In this document: one piece after another, positions 1 to 11,843 of the stretch | Layout of the letters: every line of letters begins with the position of its first letter | How positions within the stretch are numbered: the stretch's first letter is position 1 | Assembly: GCF_009914755.1 (NCBI RefSeq) | Contig: NC_060929.1 | Reading direction: 5' to 3' (one strand) | Source: the human T2T-CHM13v2.0 reference genome, Homo sapiens | Length of the DNA: 64,000 bases | Program-made: the position numbers and the translations under genes | The notes under the pieces: generated by a model | Seen by the model: only the letters and a program-made list of their open reading frames with translations | What the model was told of the DNA's origin: nothing | The model's database searches: none

Positions 1-599
1 CACCACACTGTCATAGCTGCTTTGTTCATGAGTCCATTGGATAAAAATAGACCAACAAAGGAAGGAGATGATTTGCAGAGCAGTTCATCCTGGTAAATGA
101 TTGCAGTCCTTGGTGGTCGGCTATGAGGAGGGGGTTTCAGAGTCTCCCTTAAAGGTTTCTCAAAGATTTCTCAAACCCTTTCACATAAGAGGCTCCTGGG
201 TGGTGAAATGACACACCTGGAAACTGTGAAGAATGACAACTGCTACACACTGTATCAAATATTGCAAATGTCTGAAATGTCCCATTCCTTGGATACTATC
301 TTCTGTAGTTCTCCATCCTTTTGTTCTCTTTTTGGCTGCGAGCAAGAAGGGAAGAAAGAAAATGACTGCTGCTCCTAACAATGTCAATGACCTTCATTGT
401 TTTAAGGCTCCTTTTTTCACCCCTGTCACTCATTCTTATCCCTTCTCCTCCAAGACTGGAGTCATTAATCACCTCCTATCATTCTTTCCTGCAAACTCCT
501 CTGTATGTGTTCCTGGCTTTGACTTCCTCAGCTCATACTAATCAATGGACATTTCCCAATCCATTTTTTTTGTTGTCGTTGTCCAGAGTAAGTTTTCAA

Positions 600-1330
600 A
601 GCTCCTTCCCATTCCATGGAAAATGTCTTGAAGCACTCATTTTTTGTCATCTTGCTTATTCTACCAAATTGCCTGCTTTTACCACCCCATCAAACACAGT
701 GAGAAAATCAAGAGGCAAGCACTTCATTCTCAGTGAATGATGAAATGAATACTGATGCATTCCTTGTTCTTAATGGCCTGCGGTATGACAACCACCACTC
801 CAGCAGTTTTGTCTTCATTGATTTGGCTCCACACTTGATTTTCTAGTCATTTTTTCCAGTTGACCCCATATCCACTAAAACACTCACTGATTTTTTAAAA
901 TTTCCTCATCAGTTATTTTCCATTCAAGTATGCTGAAAATTGACATGTTTTCACAGAAGACCACCATTAAAATGATTAAATATTGAACATTTACATGTTC
1001 AGCCAGCTGTGAAGAGAGAAGCTCAGTTTCTCAATCAGGTTTTCAATATGTCTTCTGGGCACATTAAATTATGCCATTTGCAGGTTTAGCTTGGTAAGGA
1101 CAACTTTTATATTTGTCCTCTCTTTTTGACTTAAAGCACTTCTGAAAATATTGACATCTAAGAGTTGTATCAAATCTCTCCTCTTACTTGACTTTCACCT
1201 TTTAATGGATTGCTAACATTGGCTTAAAGGTCCTACAAATTTTTTTTACTTTTTGAAATTGTACATTTCCTTGCAGAGACCCTAGCAAAGATTTCTGTCT
1301 TTTTAGATGCAGACAATTCTGATTACATTC
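600..1330 (-). mobile_element. Decayed hAT (Charlie/Buster-like) DNA transposon transposase remnant
   Basis: Minus-strand translation gives broken hAT-like motifs in the expected order: GVNWKK*..CGAKSM..KTAGVV (~867-790), ECISIHFIIH*E (~762-727, cf. HCxxHRE), LPLDFLTVFDGVVKAGNLV (~718-662). Many stops and frameshifts; boundaries approximate. Confidence 0.55.
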
Positions 1331-1439
1331 TAACAATTTTTAATGATTGATTTAAATATTGCTTTGAAATTAATCTTTCATGTATTTACTGCTAACAGAT
1401 TTCTCTTATGAGACATTAAAGTTAATTTGTTATCCATTT

Positions 1440-1733
1440 GATACATATCTATTTTTTGAGGAATATGTTGGTTGCTTCCAGTTTTTGGCAATTATGAATA
1501 AGGCTCCTCTACATATTTGCATACAGGTTTTACGTGGACATACATTTTCAACTTACTTGGGTAAATACCAAAAAGTGTGATTATTGCACTATGTTAGTTT
1601 TCTATGAAAACTATGTTTCTATGTGAGCCTATGTTAGTTTTCTAAGAAACTGCCAAACTGTCTTCCAAGGTGGCTGTACCATTTTGCATTCCCAGTGGCA
1701 ATTGCTCCACATCCTCACCAGTGCTTGGTGTTC
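1440..1733 (-). mobile_element. Old L1 (L1M) 3' fragment
   Basis: Antisense L1 3'-end motifs: ttggttgcttccagtttttggcaattatgaataa; aagaaactgccaaactgtcttccaaggtggctgtaccattttgcattccc. Confidence 0.8.
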
Positions 1734-2100
1734 CTAGGAGGGAAGGAAAATTATGTAGGTCAGAAACTTGGACATAAAAAAGGACAAGCATTAGAGAAGG
1801 AGTAAGTGAAGATAAAATATAATATTTTCCTTATTCTTAATTGATCTAATGGACAACTATTCAAAATAATAATAGCAACAATGAATATTGATTGACTCTG
1901 TCTTATAAATAAATAAAATGAATGATAGCAATGTTATAAGGGACAGATAGGAGGAATTGAGAATACTCAGTTATAAGGTACCTGAACTATCCATGAAGTG
2001 GTATAGTGTTATTTGAATATAGACTTAGGTTAGTTGTTAATGTTAACTGAAAACTCTAGAGAAATCATAACAATTTTTTAAAAAGTATATTGATATGCTA
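1734..2100 (+). mobile_element. Old L1 (L1MC/MD-like) inter-ORF fragment
   Basis: gaatactcagttataaggtacctgaactatccatgaagtggtatagtgttatttgaa resembles the L1M ORF1-ORF2 spacer as recalled. Confidence 0.6.
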
Positions 2101-2105
2101 ATACC

Positions 2106-2232
2106 ATGTATTTTATATACATACATATGTGTATATAAGTATTTTACATACATACATGTGTGTATGTAAGTATTTCATATACTAAGTATCTTAGTATCTT
2201 ATTTTATATACATACATATGTGTATAAAATAC
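2106..2232. repeat. TA/CA-rich low-complexity tandem repeat (~31-bp unit)
   Basis: Repeated gtattttatatacatacatatgtgtatataa-like units. Confidence 0.8.
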
Positions 2233-2288
2233 TTGTTCAGAGAGGTCAATCTACATCTTCATTGTCTCATAGCTGGTAGGTGGCTGGA

Positions 2289-2667
2289 TGTATTAGTCCA
2301 TTCTCATGCTGCTAATAAAGACATACCCAAGACTGGGTAATTTATAAAGGAAGGAGGTTTTATTGATTCACAGCTCCGCAGGGCTGGGGGGCCTCAGGAA
2401 ACTTACAATCATGGGCGAAGGGGAAGCAAACACATCCTTCTTCACATAGCAGCAGGAAAGAGACATGCAGAGCAAAAGGGGAAAATTCCCTTATGAAACC
2501 AGCAGATCTCATGAGAACTCACTCCCTATCACACGAACAGCAGTGTGTGGGGGTAACTGCCCCCATGATTAAATTACCTCCCACTGGGGCCCTCCCATGG
2601 TACGTGGGGATTATGAGAACTACAACTCAAGACGCGATTTGCGTGGGCACACAGCCAAACCATATCA
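2289..2667 (-). mobile_element. THE1C/D solo LTR (ERVL-MaLR)
   Basis: Begins tgtattagtccattctcatgctgctaataaagacataccc and ends cacagccaaaccatatca (reverse complement of the THE1 consensus). Confidence 0.9.
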
Positions 2668-3849
2668 TGGGGCCAGCACTCTGATCCAGGCCAATCTCAG
2701 TTGACCGCATAATCTTTCCACTTCAGTAATAATTTTTAGTTTTTAGTTAGGTACAAAACTGCTTGGAATGCTGAAGATATGATCTGATTTAATATACATA
2801 CATTTCAGATTGAGACGAAACAGTGCAGGACGGTATATAAGGACAGATAGAGGAGAAGAATTCAGAGGAGGTAGACAATGCTGTGATTCAGGCAGCATTG
2901 ATGCTTCTCGTTGAAGTAAGAGGCAAGGACGCCTATAAAGAGTGAGAATGTTGGGCCAGAAAGCGGGGGCTTAAGCAAAGGGGCAAAGAGTTTGTCATTG
3001 CTAGACCAGGGACTCCACAAATGGAGAAGAGGAAACTAGTAAAGAGGTATGCAGGTGGACAGTGATACCAAAACATGGGGCTGAGACCCAAGAAGGTGAA
3101 GTGCTGAGAGCTCATTGTGGCCAATAGGTTTGGATAACCATGAAGAAAGCAGAAGGTTGGAAAATGGAATGCAGGACCATGTTATGAGCAGGAAATGGTG
3201 AATCAGGCAAAAGGAATAGGAAGAAATTGGAAAACTGACTGAACTTCGCACAATTTCTGTTGGATGTTGATATCGTATAGTCCCATCACGTACTGAGTTC
3301 TATTACGTGGCATTCTCTCCAGTGAATTTATAGTGAAAGATGGCGAAACAAACACATACAAACACACTCCTTTTGAGAGGAGTAAGGACAGGGAATTTCT
3401 TTGTAATGACAAGTGGTAGAAAATGTATCTGTTTGTTATTTGATGATTTCATTTCTCAATACAAAACCTATTATTGAATGAGACGTTACTACTGCATTCA
3501 TGGATCCCTCAGCATTGATTTTCCACCAGTACCTGATCTTGGGGGAAAAAACTCCTTGAAACCAACCGATAGCAACAGGTGAAGAACAAAGTTTAGATTT
3601 TAATGGTTATTCAATACTATAGAGCTTGAAAAAGAATTCAGGAGTCCGGCCTTTTTATCTGAATATGTGGAGCTCAGCATTGAACTCAATGAAAAAGATC
3701 TTTAAGGAAAGGCTTTTTGACTGTATTCACCCTGAGAGGTAAAAGCTTGCCTTTCAAGAACAGCCCGTGGTCATTCCTGGTTGTCAAAGCTACAGCTGTT
3801 GAATTGATATGATGGGCGATTTATAATAAGAAAAAAGTAACAGCCACAG

Positions 3850-4365
3850 TGTATTAGTCAGGATTCTCTAGAGAGACAGAACTAATAGGATAGACGTATA
3901 CATAAAAGGGAGTTTATTAAGGAGTATTGACTCACATGATCACAAGGTGAAGTCCCACAATAGGCTGTCTGCAAGCTGAGGAGCAAAGAAGGCAGTATGA
4001 GTCCCGTAACTTCCAAAGTAGGGAAGCCAACAGTGCAGCCTTCAATCTGTGGTCAAAGGTCAAGAGTCCAAAAGCTGAAGAACTTGGAGTCTGATGTTCA
4101 AGGGCAGGAAGCATTCAGTATGGGAGAAAGATGTAGGCCAGAAGACTACACCAGTCTAATCTTTCCACGTTCGTTTGGCTGCTTTATCCTAGCCACGCTG
4201 GCAGCTGATTAGATGGTGCCCATGCAGATTTAGGATGGGTCAGTGCCTCCCAGTTCACTGACTCAAATGTTAATCTCCTTTGGCAACACCCTCACAGACA
4301 CAACCAGGAATAGTACTTTGCATCCTTCAATCCAATCAAGTTAACACTTAATATTAACCATCACA
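3850..4365 (-). mobile_element. MLT2A2-like solo LTR (HERV-L)
   Basis: tgtattagtcaggattctctagagagacagaactaatagga...caatcaagttaacacttaatattaaccatcaca; degenerate TSD cacag/tatag. Confidence 0.9.
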
Positions 4366-4496
4366 TATAGAGTTAATAAAAATTTTGTACTACATACTTT
4401 GAAAAAATGCAACATTATAGAGATAAACACAGTGAATACCAACATACTGTCTGTTGTAGTACTGTCTTTTAAAGTGGCATGCCAATACAAACACCA

Positions 4497-4894
4497 TGTA
4501 TACTGTATTTGACTATCATAATAAAATACCACAGATTGGTTGGCTTAAACAACAGAAACTTATTTTTTCACAATTCTGGAGGCTGGAAGTCCAGGAACAA
4601 GGTATTGGCAGGGCTGGTTTCTTCTGAGACCTTTTTCCTTGGCCCGCAGATGACCCCCTCCCTGCGGCGTCCTCACATAGTCTTTCCTCTGAGTGTTCGT
4701 GCATCCCTCGTGTCTCTCTGTGTGTCCTTTTCTTTTCTTATAAGGACACCAGTCAGCTTGGATTAGGGCCCACTCATACGACCTTACTTAACCTTAATCA
4801 CTTTTTAAAAGACCTTATCTCCAAATATGGCTTCATTCTAAGGTAGTGAAAGACTTCAACATGAATTTTGGGGCAACACAATTAAGCCCATAAC
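4497..4894 (-). mobile_element. MLT1A/B-like solo LTR (MaLR)
   Basis: aaataccacagattggttggcttaaacaacagaaa...ttctggaggctggaagtcc...acacaattaagcccataaca. Confidence 0.85.
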
Positions 4895-5336
4895 AAATAG
4901 ATTATAATGATTTCTGTGGGGAGGTGGGGAAGGGAGGGTGCCCTTGTATCCAGTATAGGGAAGTTTCAAAACTCTGTCGGAGGAAGGCATACTTTTTACT
5001 TCTCCAGATCTACATGAATTTTCCCTTGAGTTGCTGGAGGAGATGTCTGAACTGGCTCCTGAAAGATGAGTAATACTTCCTTCACTCCCTGTCAACAAAC
5101 ACTTAGTGAGCATTTACTGAATGTTAGGCACTATTCTAGGCTCTGGGGATGAAAAAGTAAACAAGACAGAGATGCTTTATTCTTATGTTGATCTCTTATT
5201 CTAGCAGTGATGGTGCTCAATAGACAAATAAGCAAGTCATGTAAATTCAGACAACAATAAATGCTTTGATGAAAATAACATACTTTAATGGGATAGTGCC
5301 AGGCAGCAGGAAGTTCTTTAGATTGACATCAAATTA

Positions 5337-5746
5337 TGTCAAATCTAAATAACAAAGAGGGAAACTCTTAAAAAAATGACGTTTATTTGGAAGTGGGCAT
5401 TGCAATGAGAATACATGTGGGTGTGTAAAGGGAGGTACAGGAAGAGAAGGGGTTGTAAAGGAAAAATGAGGAGGGTTACATAAGTTGTTTTGAGACAATT
5501 AACCATTGGATATAAGGATCAATAACAAGGCTGGACAGGAAGTTGCTGGGCAAATGTCCTCAAAGAAGTATTTTTCTGTGTAATGTTGTGGTGATCTTTG
5601 TGCAAAGTTATGGTTTTGGCAGACACTTTTGTGATAGTTTCTTTATCAGGCATTTGTATGTGACAGCCCTCCCTTCATGACCTTCCCAGGCTTTACTTGT
5701 CAGGATTTAACACAAGTGACTCCAATTTGATTCCGACAACTTTCAA
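5337..5746 (-). mobile_element. MER93-like solo LTR (ERV1)
   Basis: Ends ttaacacaagtgactccaatttgattccgacaactttca (reverse complement of the MER93 start); internal gttgctgggcaaatgtcctc. Confidence 0.75.
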
Positions 5747-6089
5747 AAGATTAAGAGTTTCAGAAGGCGACATTTGAACCAACACCTGACTGAGAAGAAA
5801 GGAGCAGAGATCTCGTGATCTCAGAAAAGAGGTCTGGGTAAAGCACCAGCAGGCAGAAGGCTTGAGGCGGGGATGTGCATAGCATGTTCAAGGACTAGCA
5901 AGAAGGCCAGTGTGGCCAGAGTAAAGAGCATTAGGGGCAGCTGTGGGATATTAGGGCAGAGAAATAAGCAGAGTTTGGGTCATGAATGGTCTTGTAGGCC
6001 ATGGTAAGAACGTTTGATTTTATTCCGGGTAAAATGAAAACACAAGAAGGGGTATGAGCAGAGAATGTGACATGCTCTAAATCACTTCT

Positions 6090-6275
6090 CTCTAATAGGA
6101 TTTTCTGCACTGATGGAAAAGTTCTATATCTATGCTGTCCAATATGCTAGCCAATAGCCATATGTAGCTATTGAGTTTACAAAATGTGGCTAGTGCGACT
6201 AAGAACCTGCTTTTCAATTTTAATTTAAACAGTCACATGGGGCTAGTGGCAACTACATTGGACAACGCAGCTCTA
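6090..6275. mobile_element. MER3 (hAT-Charlie MITE)
   Basis: ttctgcactgatggaaaagttctatatctatgctgtccaatatg...ggctagtggcaactacattggacaacgcag. Confidence 0.85.
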
Positions 6276-6979
6276 CATGGGTCTGTCTGGCTGCTGCATG
6301 GGACTTAGATTGTGGCGGGGAGCAGGGAAGCTCTGCATCTTCATGTAAGAGATGTACTGGCTTGGATGAAAGCATCTGCAGTAGAAGGAGCTGAGAAATG
6401 GCTGGATGCAGGATATATTTTGTAGGTGGAATCCGCAGGCTTGCTGTCAGATTCCAGGAGATTCAGGAGAAGAGAGGAGAAATGAGTTGTCAAGTGAAGA
6501 CAAAGAGAAGGGTGTGCATTTCCGGCAGAGGGAGCATGTGGTGAGAATGCTGGGAGGGCGTGACAGCACACTTTCTGAGAACTCAATCAGTTTCTTACCA
6601 GCCACCTGTGAAAGGTTAGGTGGGGAATTTCAGGGAACAAGGCATAAGGGGTAGATTGGGCTAAAGGTATCAAGCGTAGAGAGTACTATGCTGAAAAACT
6701 TGTGGTTTTGTTCTTAGTGCAACACGTGTGGAGGTGTTAAAGGGTTTGTGTTAGAAAAATGATGTGGACATGTTTGTGTTTTAAATTAATTTCAATAGGT
6801 TCAGTATGCAGAATGGGTCTAAGGAGAAAATGACAGGAAGGAGAGAGGCTTTTTGGGGGCTACTGCTACCACCGAGACCCCTGCAATGAACATCCTCATG
6901 CATATTTACTTGTGCATAGCTCTGTAAGCATTTCTATAGGATCTATATTTAGCAGTGAAACTTCTGGGTTTTAGGGTGG

Positions 6980-7361
6980 TGTGATGATTTATATTATGTG
7001 TCCACGTGGCTGGGCCATGGTGCCCAGATGCTTGGTCGAACATTATTCTGGATGTTTCTGTGAAGATGGTTTTGGATGAGAGGAACATTTAAATCTGTGG
7101 TCTTTGAGTAAAGCAGATTGCCATTTGTAATGGGGATGGGTCTCATCTAACCTATTCAAGGCCTTCACAGAATAAAGACTGACCTTTCCTGAGGAAGAAG
7201 GAATTTTGCTATCAGATGGCCATTGGACCATTGGACTTGAGCAGCAACTCTTTCCCTCTTTCCTGGGTCTCTAGCCTGCTGGCCTCCCCAGTCAGATTTT
7301 GGACTCCCAGCCTTCATATTTATTTAAGCCAATTCCTTAAAATAAATCTCTCTCTCTCTTT

Positions 7362-7425
<64 letters not shown>

Positions 7426-7450
7426 CCCTGTTGATTCTGATTCTCTGGAG
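6980..7450 (+). mobile_element. MLT2D-like solo LTR
   Basis: tgtgatgatttatattatgtgtccacgtggctgggccatggtgcccagat...gagtaaagcagattgcc...agccaattccttaaaataaatctctct. Confidence 0.85.
7364..7423. repeat. (CA)n microsatellite, about 30 units
   Basis: Pure CA run inside the MLT2 LTR. Confidence 0.98.
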
Positions 7451-8812
7451 CCATATACTTATTTCTGCTCTCCAGAATGGCTATATTCACATGGCCCAGA
7501 GATCTGGCATCTCCATACCCCACCCACACTGGGCATTAGCTAGCTTTCTAAGTTTTGCCAGACTAATGAATGTAAAGAGTATCTCATACTCTTCCAACTT
7601 GCATTTATTTTGTAACTAACAGGACTGAATAACTTTTAAGTTTCCTTATCTATCATTTGCCTCTTCACACTTAGGCCTTTTTGCCCCCCAAATGGGGCTC
7701 CTGGCGTTTTGTTATTGATTTGCTAGAACTCATCTTTCCATTAGTCCCTTGTTGATTTCAGGTATTACACATACATTCCAATATCACTCCTCTTTGTTAT
7801 CTTTGCTCAGGGTAACCTTCAGTTAATATAATTTCTTAATATTGGTGTGATGAATGACATTTTTAGCTCATGAGTTATGATTTTGTGGCACAGGTAAAAA
7901 ACATTCTACATTTTTTTTCTGTTGATTTTGTATTTTTTTTGTTTAGATCTTTAATCTTTCTGGAATCTACATTTGTATGTTTTAGATAAATATTGTTTTG
8001 CTTTTCTTTTTACGGGCAAAACAGTTTCTCCAAAACTATTTACTCTTTTTATTTCCCCCCATTGTTCAATGACATCATTTTCATCATCATGTATGTTTTT
8101 GAGTCTTCTATTATTCTATTGTATATTTGTCTGTGCGTGTGCCAAAACTCAGTTTAAAAAAAGCACTACAGTTGTATAGTCTGTATTTACGTGTTCTAGA
8201 GGAAGTCCTACTTCTTTACAGTTTTTTTCCCCGAATTTGACTTATGTTTTCATAGGCCTTCAATCTTCCATATTTAATGTGGAATAAATTTCTTGCATCA
8301 AAAAACATACCCTGCAACTCTGATTGAAATTTAACTGATTTTATGGGCTAATTTGGGAAGAAGTGACTTTACAAAAAAAATCTTGTCTTACTGTAGAGCA
8401 CAAAATGTCTGTCCATTTACTCAGGTCATTATTACTATGTGTTTAATGAATATTTAAAAGTTTTTTCTATCAAAATCTTGAGTATTCTGTGGAACTAAAC
8501 TTTTTGTTGCTCTTCTGATAGATATTTTAAAAGCAAGATTTAAGAAATTTCAGGAGAGAAAAGATAGTGACTTTTATAAGTTCATCTTTTATCCGGTAAC
8601 CTATTATTGTCAAAGAGTGATAGTTTTATCTTTCATTCCAATGTTTAGATCTTTTCTTTCTTTCTTGTTGTCATGACCAAAACCTTATATGAAATAGTGG
8701 TGGAGACATTGGGCATTTAAAAAATAATTCTGTTCTCAAAGGCATTGATGAAATCAAGTTTTCCCATTAAGAATAACTTTGTTCTAGGTGTTTTGAATAC
8801 AACTTTTATCAA

Positions 8813-9220
8813 GTATGTTTATCAAGATAGGCTAGGCTATGCTGCAGTTATAAAAACAAAAAAACAAAAACAATGCAACGCCCTAATAGCAGTGACTTAT
8901 CCCAGCAACATAGTCCTCTGTGGAACTGGGAAACCTTCAAGGGCACTTGTCCTCCACGTGCTGATGGCTTGAAAATTTGGGTCATGCTGCCTCAATAGAG
9001 GACTCCTCCATGGAGAAGGAGGAATGAGAGACCAAAAAATTATGCATCGTGTTTCACTGCTTCTGCACATATGTGACAAGTAATTGTCCCCTGGCAGTCC
9101 ATTGGTCAGAACTGGTCATGTGATGCTGCCTAGCTACATAGGGACTGAGATGTGCAGTTGGTTGTGTGTCTGTAAGAAAAACAAAGCCAGTTAGGGTTGA
9201 ACACTAGCAATGTTACCACA
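8813..9220 (-). mobile_element. Old MLT1 (J/K-like) LTR
   Basis: caagataggctaggctatgctgcagt...cattggtcagaactggtcatgtg...gaacactagcaatgttaccaca. Confidence 0.65.
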
Positions 9221-10210
9221 CCAAGTTAAGGAAGCTTCCACCAGTTCCTCGTTTTAAATTAGAAGCATGTGCTGACATTCACTAAAATACTTTTCTGCAT
9301 TGATATTATATTATGGTTTTCTGCTGTAATCTATTGAGGTGGTAATTACTTCATTAGATCTTCTGATGCTTAATGTTCCTGGGACAAAGCCCACCTCCTC
9401 ATTTTGTGCTTTTATACACCATTGGATTTGCTAATATTACCTAATGCTTCAGTTGGGATTGTCTGCATACATGTTCACGCTAAAAATAGATCCATGATTT
9501 TTTTCTTGTATTATCCTTATCTGACTTTATGCTCACTGTTATTTTTTTTTCCATTTTCTTGAGCAATTTGCATAAAATATAAATTAACTATTCCCTGAGA
9601 AATCCTGTAAAACCATTTGGGCAGGATTTTTTTTTTTCTAGGAACTCACTCATTTCAACTAGATTTAGAAATTTATTTATGTGCAGTTTTTCATAATGCT
9701 TGGAAATATTACTACATTTTTACTCTGTATTTTGTTTATTTTCATCTTCTCTTTCTCCTCCTTAAGGAGTTTTGTCAGAGGTCTGTCTAGCTTATTAATC
9801 AGTTGAAGAAACCAAGCTGTAGACATGCCTACCTTCAACTCTCCAACCCCTCAATTTACACACATTTGACACAGCCTTCAGTTTTCCCAAAAGTTCATGG
9901 AATCCATAACTTCCTCTCACTTCTCTGGTTTCATCAGCGTTGATTTTGGGGGAATGTCAGCAGTCAAAGCTTGTTTGCCATCTTTTAAGAAACTAGAGAC
10001 CAAGACTTTTTCGTGTGCAGGAGGCTGCTTTTGTGAGAGAAAAAGTAGATTTCTAATCTAGACACAGCTATACACTCACTTACAGTATAATGTTGGAAAA
10101 GACATTTCTTTATGCCTCAATCTTCTCATTTGCAAAATGAGCAAATATAACTTCATTAGATGACTGTCATGAACTCTCTAAGTTCTAAAACTGTATTGAA
10201 GCTTCATGCA

Positions 10211-10665
10211 TGTGACAGTTGGAGTTCAGCAAATATTCACTACCCTGTCCATCTCACTGTAGGAGGAGTACACTTCCTTGCTACTCTGATGTTGGGCTTG
10301 GCTGTGTGACCTGTGGCCAATGGAATGTTAGCTGACATGATGCTTGCAGAGGTCTAAAATATTTGTGTCTTTTTGGCTTGGCTCTGGCAACCTAGTGATT
10401 TTCCATGAGAAGTACATGCCCAGGTACTTCTGCCCCTAACACATGGGCTCCAGAATGAACACTTGTACAACAGACTTGAACCTAAACTACAGCCTGAAGT
10501 AATCCTACTCATCATCAGCCTGAATAGAGCCATTCTGTTTAGCTCCATTGAAATGCAGTTGACCTCAGGCCTATGAATGTGAGGATAAATGCTCAGTTTA
10601 ATATATCAATGAGTTGAGGGGTAATTTATGACTCAGAATTACTATGGTTGTAACTGATTAATATA
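10211..10665 (+). mobile_element. MLT1H-like solo LTR
   Basis: tgatgttgggcttggctgtgtgacctgtggccaatggaatgttag...ccatgagaagtacatgcccagg...taactgattaatata. Confidence 0.75.
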
Positions 10666-11277
10666 ATTTAGTTGTATCAATGGTTTTCAAATGATGTTTG
10701 AATAGAATACTAATGCTTCCCAAACTGGGTTGAGGTTTTTGTTTCTAAAATCATTTTTAGACATTTCTTGCTAATTTTTAAATAAATTTAGAAATGGATA
10801 AAATAGATTAAGCTTAACATTTTTACTCCTCTAAAAAAAGAGAATAAAATAGCTTTCCTTTAATAACTTTTTTTGTACACATGAACAAGTGTATTCATAA
10901 TGGTAATTTTATTTTGCATATATGCAATGCAGTCATATTTTGTGCTAGGATAATTATTCATAGTTTGCATGCTAACAGTGAATCCATAAATATTTCAAGA
11001 CATGAGTGGATAACTCCTCAGCTTCTATTTTCCCAGTTTTCATTAGGAATACAGGGGTTTCTGGACAAGCCATCTCCATTCTCAATTCCAGGGAAGAAAC
11101 ATATAACCTGGACAAGGTCCATTTGTATATTTCATTCAGGAATTAGTTTGGAGTCAGGCATTAATCCGGAGCAATGCCAATAAGTATGAATTCGAGGACT
11201 TTTGCTAGAATTTCTAGGTTATTCTTTCTTGCTCTGGAACTTTGAAAACAGTATGGATAGTGAAAAACTCATTTATA

Positions 11278-11548
11278 AAAGACAATATATTATATGATTT
11301 TATTTATGTGAAATGTCCAGAATAGGCAAACTGATGGAGAAAGAAAGCAGGTTGGTGACTGGGGATGTGAAATGTGAGTAACTGCTAATGATTATGGAGT
11401 TTCTTTTTGGGATGATAAACATGTTCCAAAATTAATTGAGGTAATGGTTGCACAACCCTGAATATACTAAAAACCATACTAACTGACTTTCACACTTTAA
11501 ATGAGTAAATTGCATGGTATATTGCATCTCAATAAAAGTGTTACAAAA
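11278..11548 (+). mobile_element. L1MB 3' end fragment
   Basis: tgaaatgtccagaataggcaaa...ggttgcacaaccctgaatatactaaaaacc...atctcaataaaa. Confidence 0.85.
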
Positions 11549-11843
11549 TTATGGTAGGCACCAGGGTCTCCCAGAGTTGCATTTGCTGCATGACGTGTGG
11601 GTGTTGAGTGAGGTAGTTTCTTGGTAAGAGTCACCTTAAGAACCCTGGAGAAGAATTGCCATGCCCATGTGTGGCATGGGGATATCCCTGTTACCCTTGT
11701 TTAGGAGTGGCATATTCCAATTTTCCCCCAAGTTTTTATGTTTTGAGCACAATGGAGTAGATGGTGCTTGAAGAAAAGAACAACTCTCACAACTTCATTT
11801 TTGAATGATGCCTCCATACATAAGGGTTCTGCAAGTGGATGGC

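Larger units (their letters stand above)
5090..6850 (-). mobile_element. L2 fragments interrupted by MER93 and MER3
   Basis: L2 3'-end antisense motifs (gagcatttactgaatgttaggcactattctagg; agcaagaaggccagtgtggccagag; gtaggccatggtaagaacgtttgattttattc). Confidence 0.7.
6880..9820 (-). mobile_element. Very old L1 (L1ME-like) with nested LTRs
   Basis: T-rich antisense L1 motifs (ctgcaatgaacatcctcatgcata; atgggctaatttgggaagaagtgac; taaaaccatttgggcagg), heavily diverged; ends approximate. Confidence 0.6.

Noticed and set aside
1-110. Possible ERVL-internal fragment (minus strand: caatggactcatgaacaaagcagctatg)
   Set aside because: The match is short, recalled from memory and cut by the window edge.
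1440-2100. Opposite-strand old L1 fragments abutting at ~1733 as a second twin-priming event
   Set aside because: The pieces appear to come from distant parts of L1 and no TSD is visible, so this cannot be supported.
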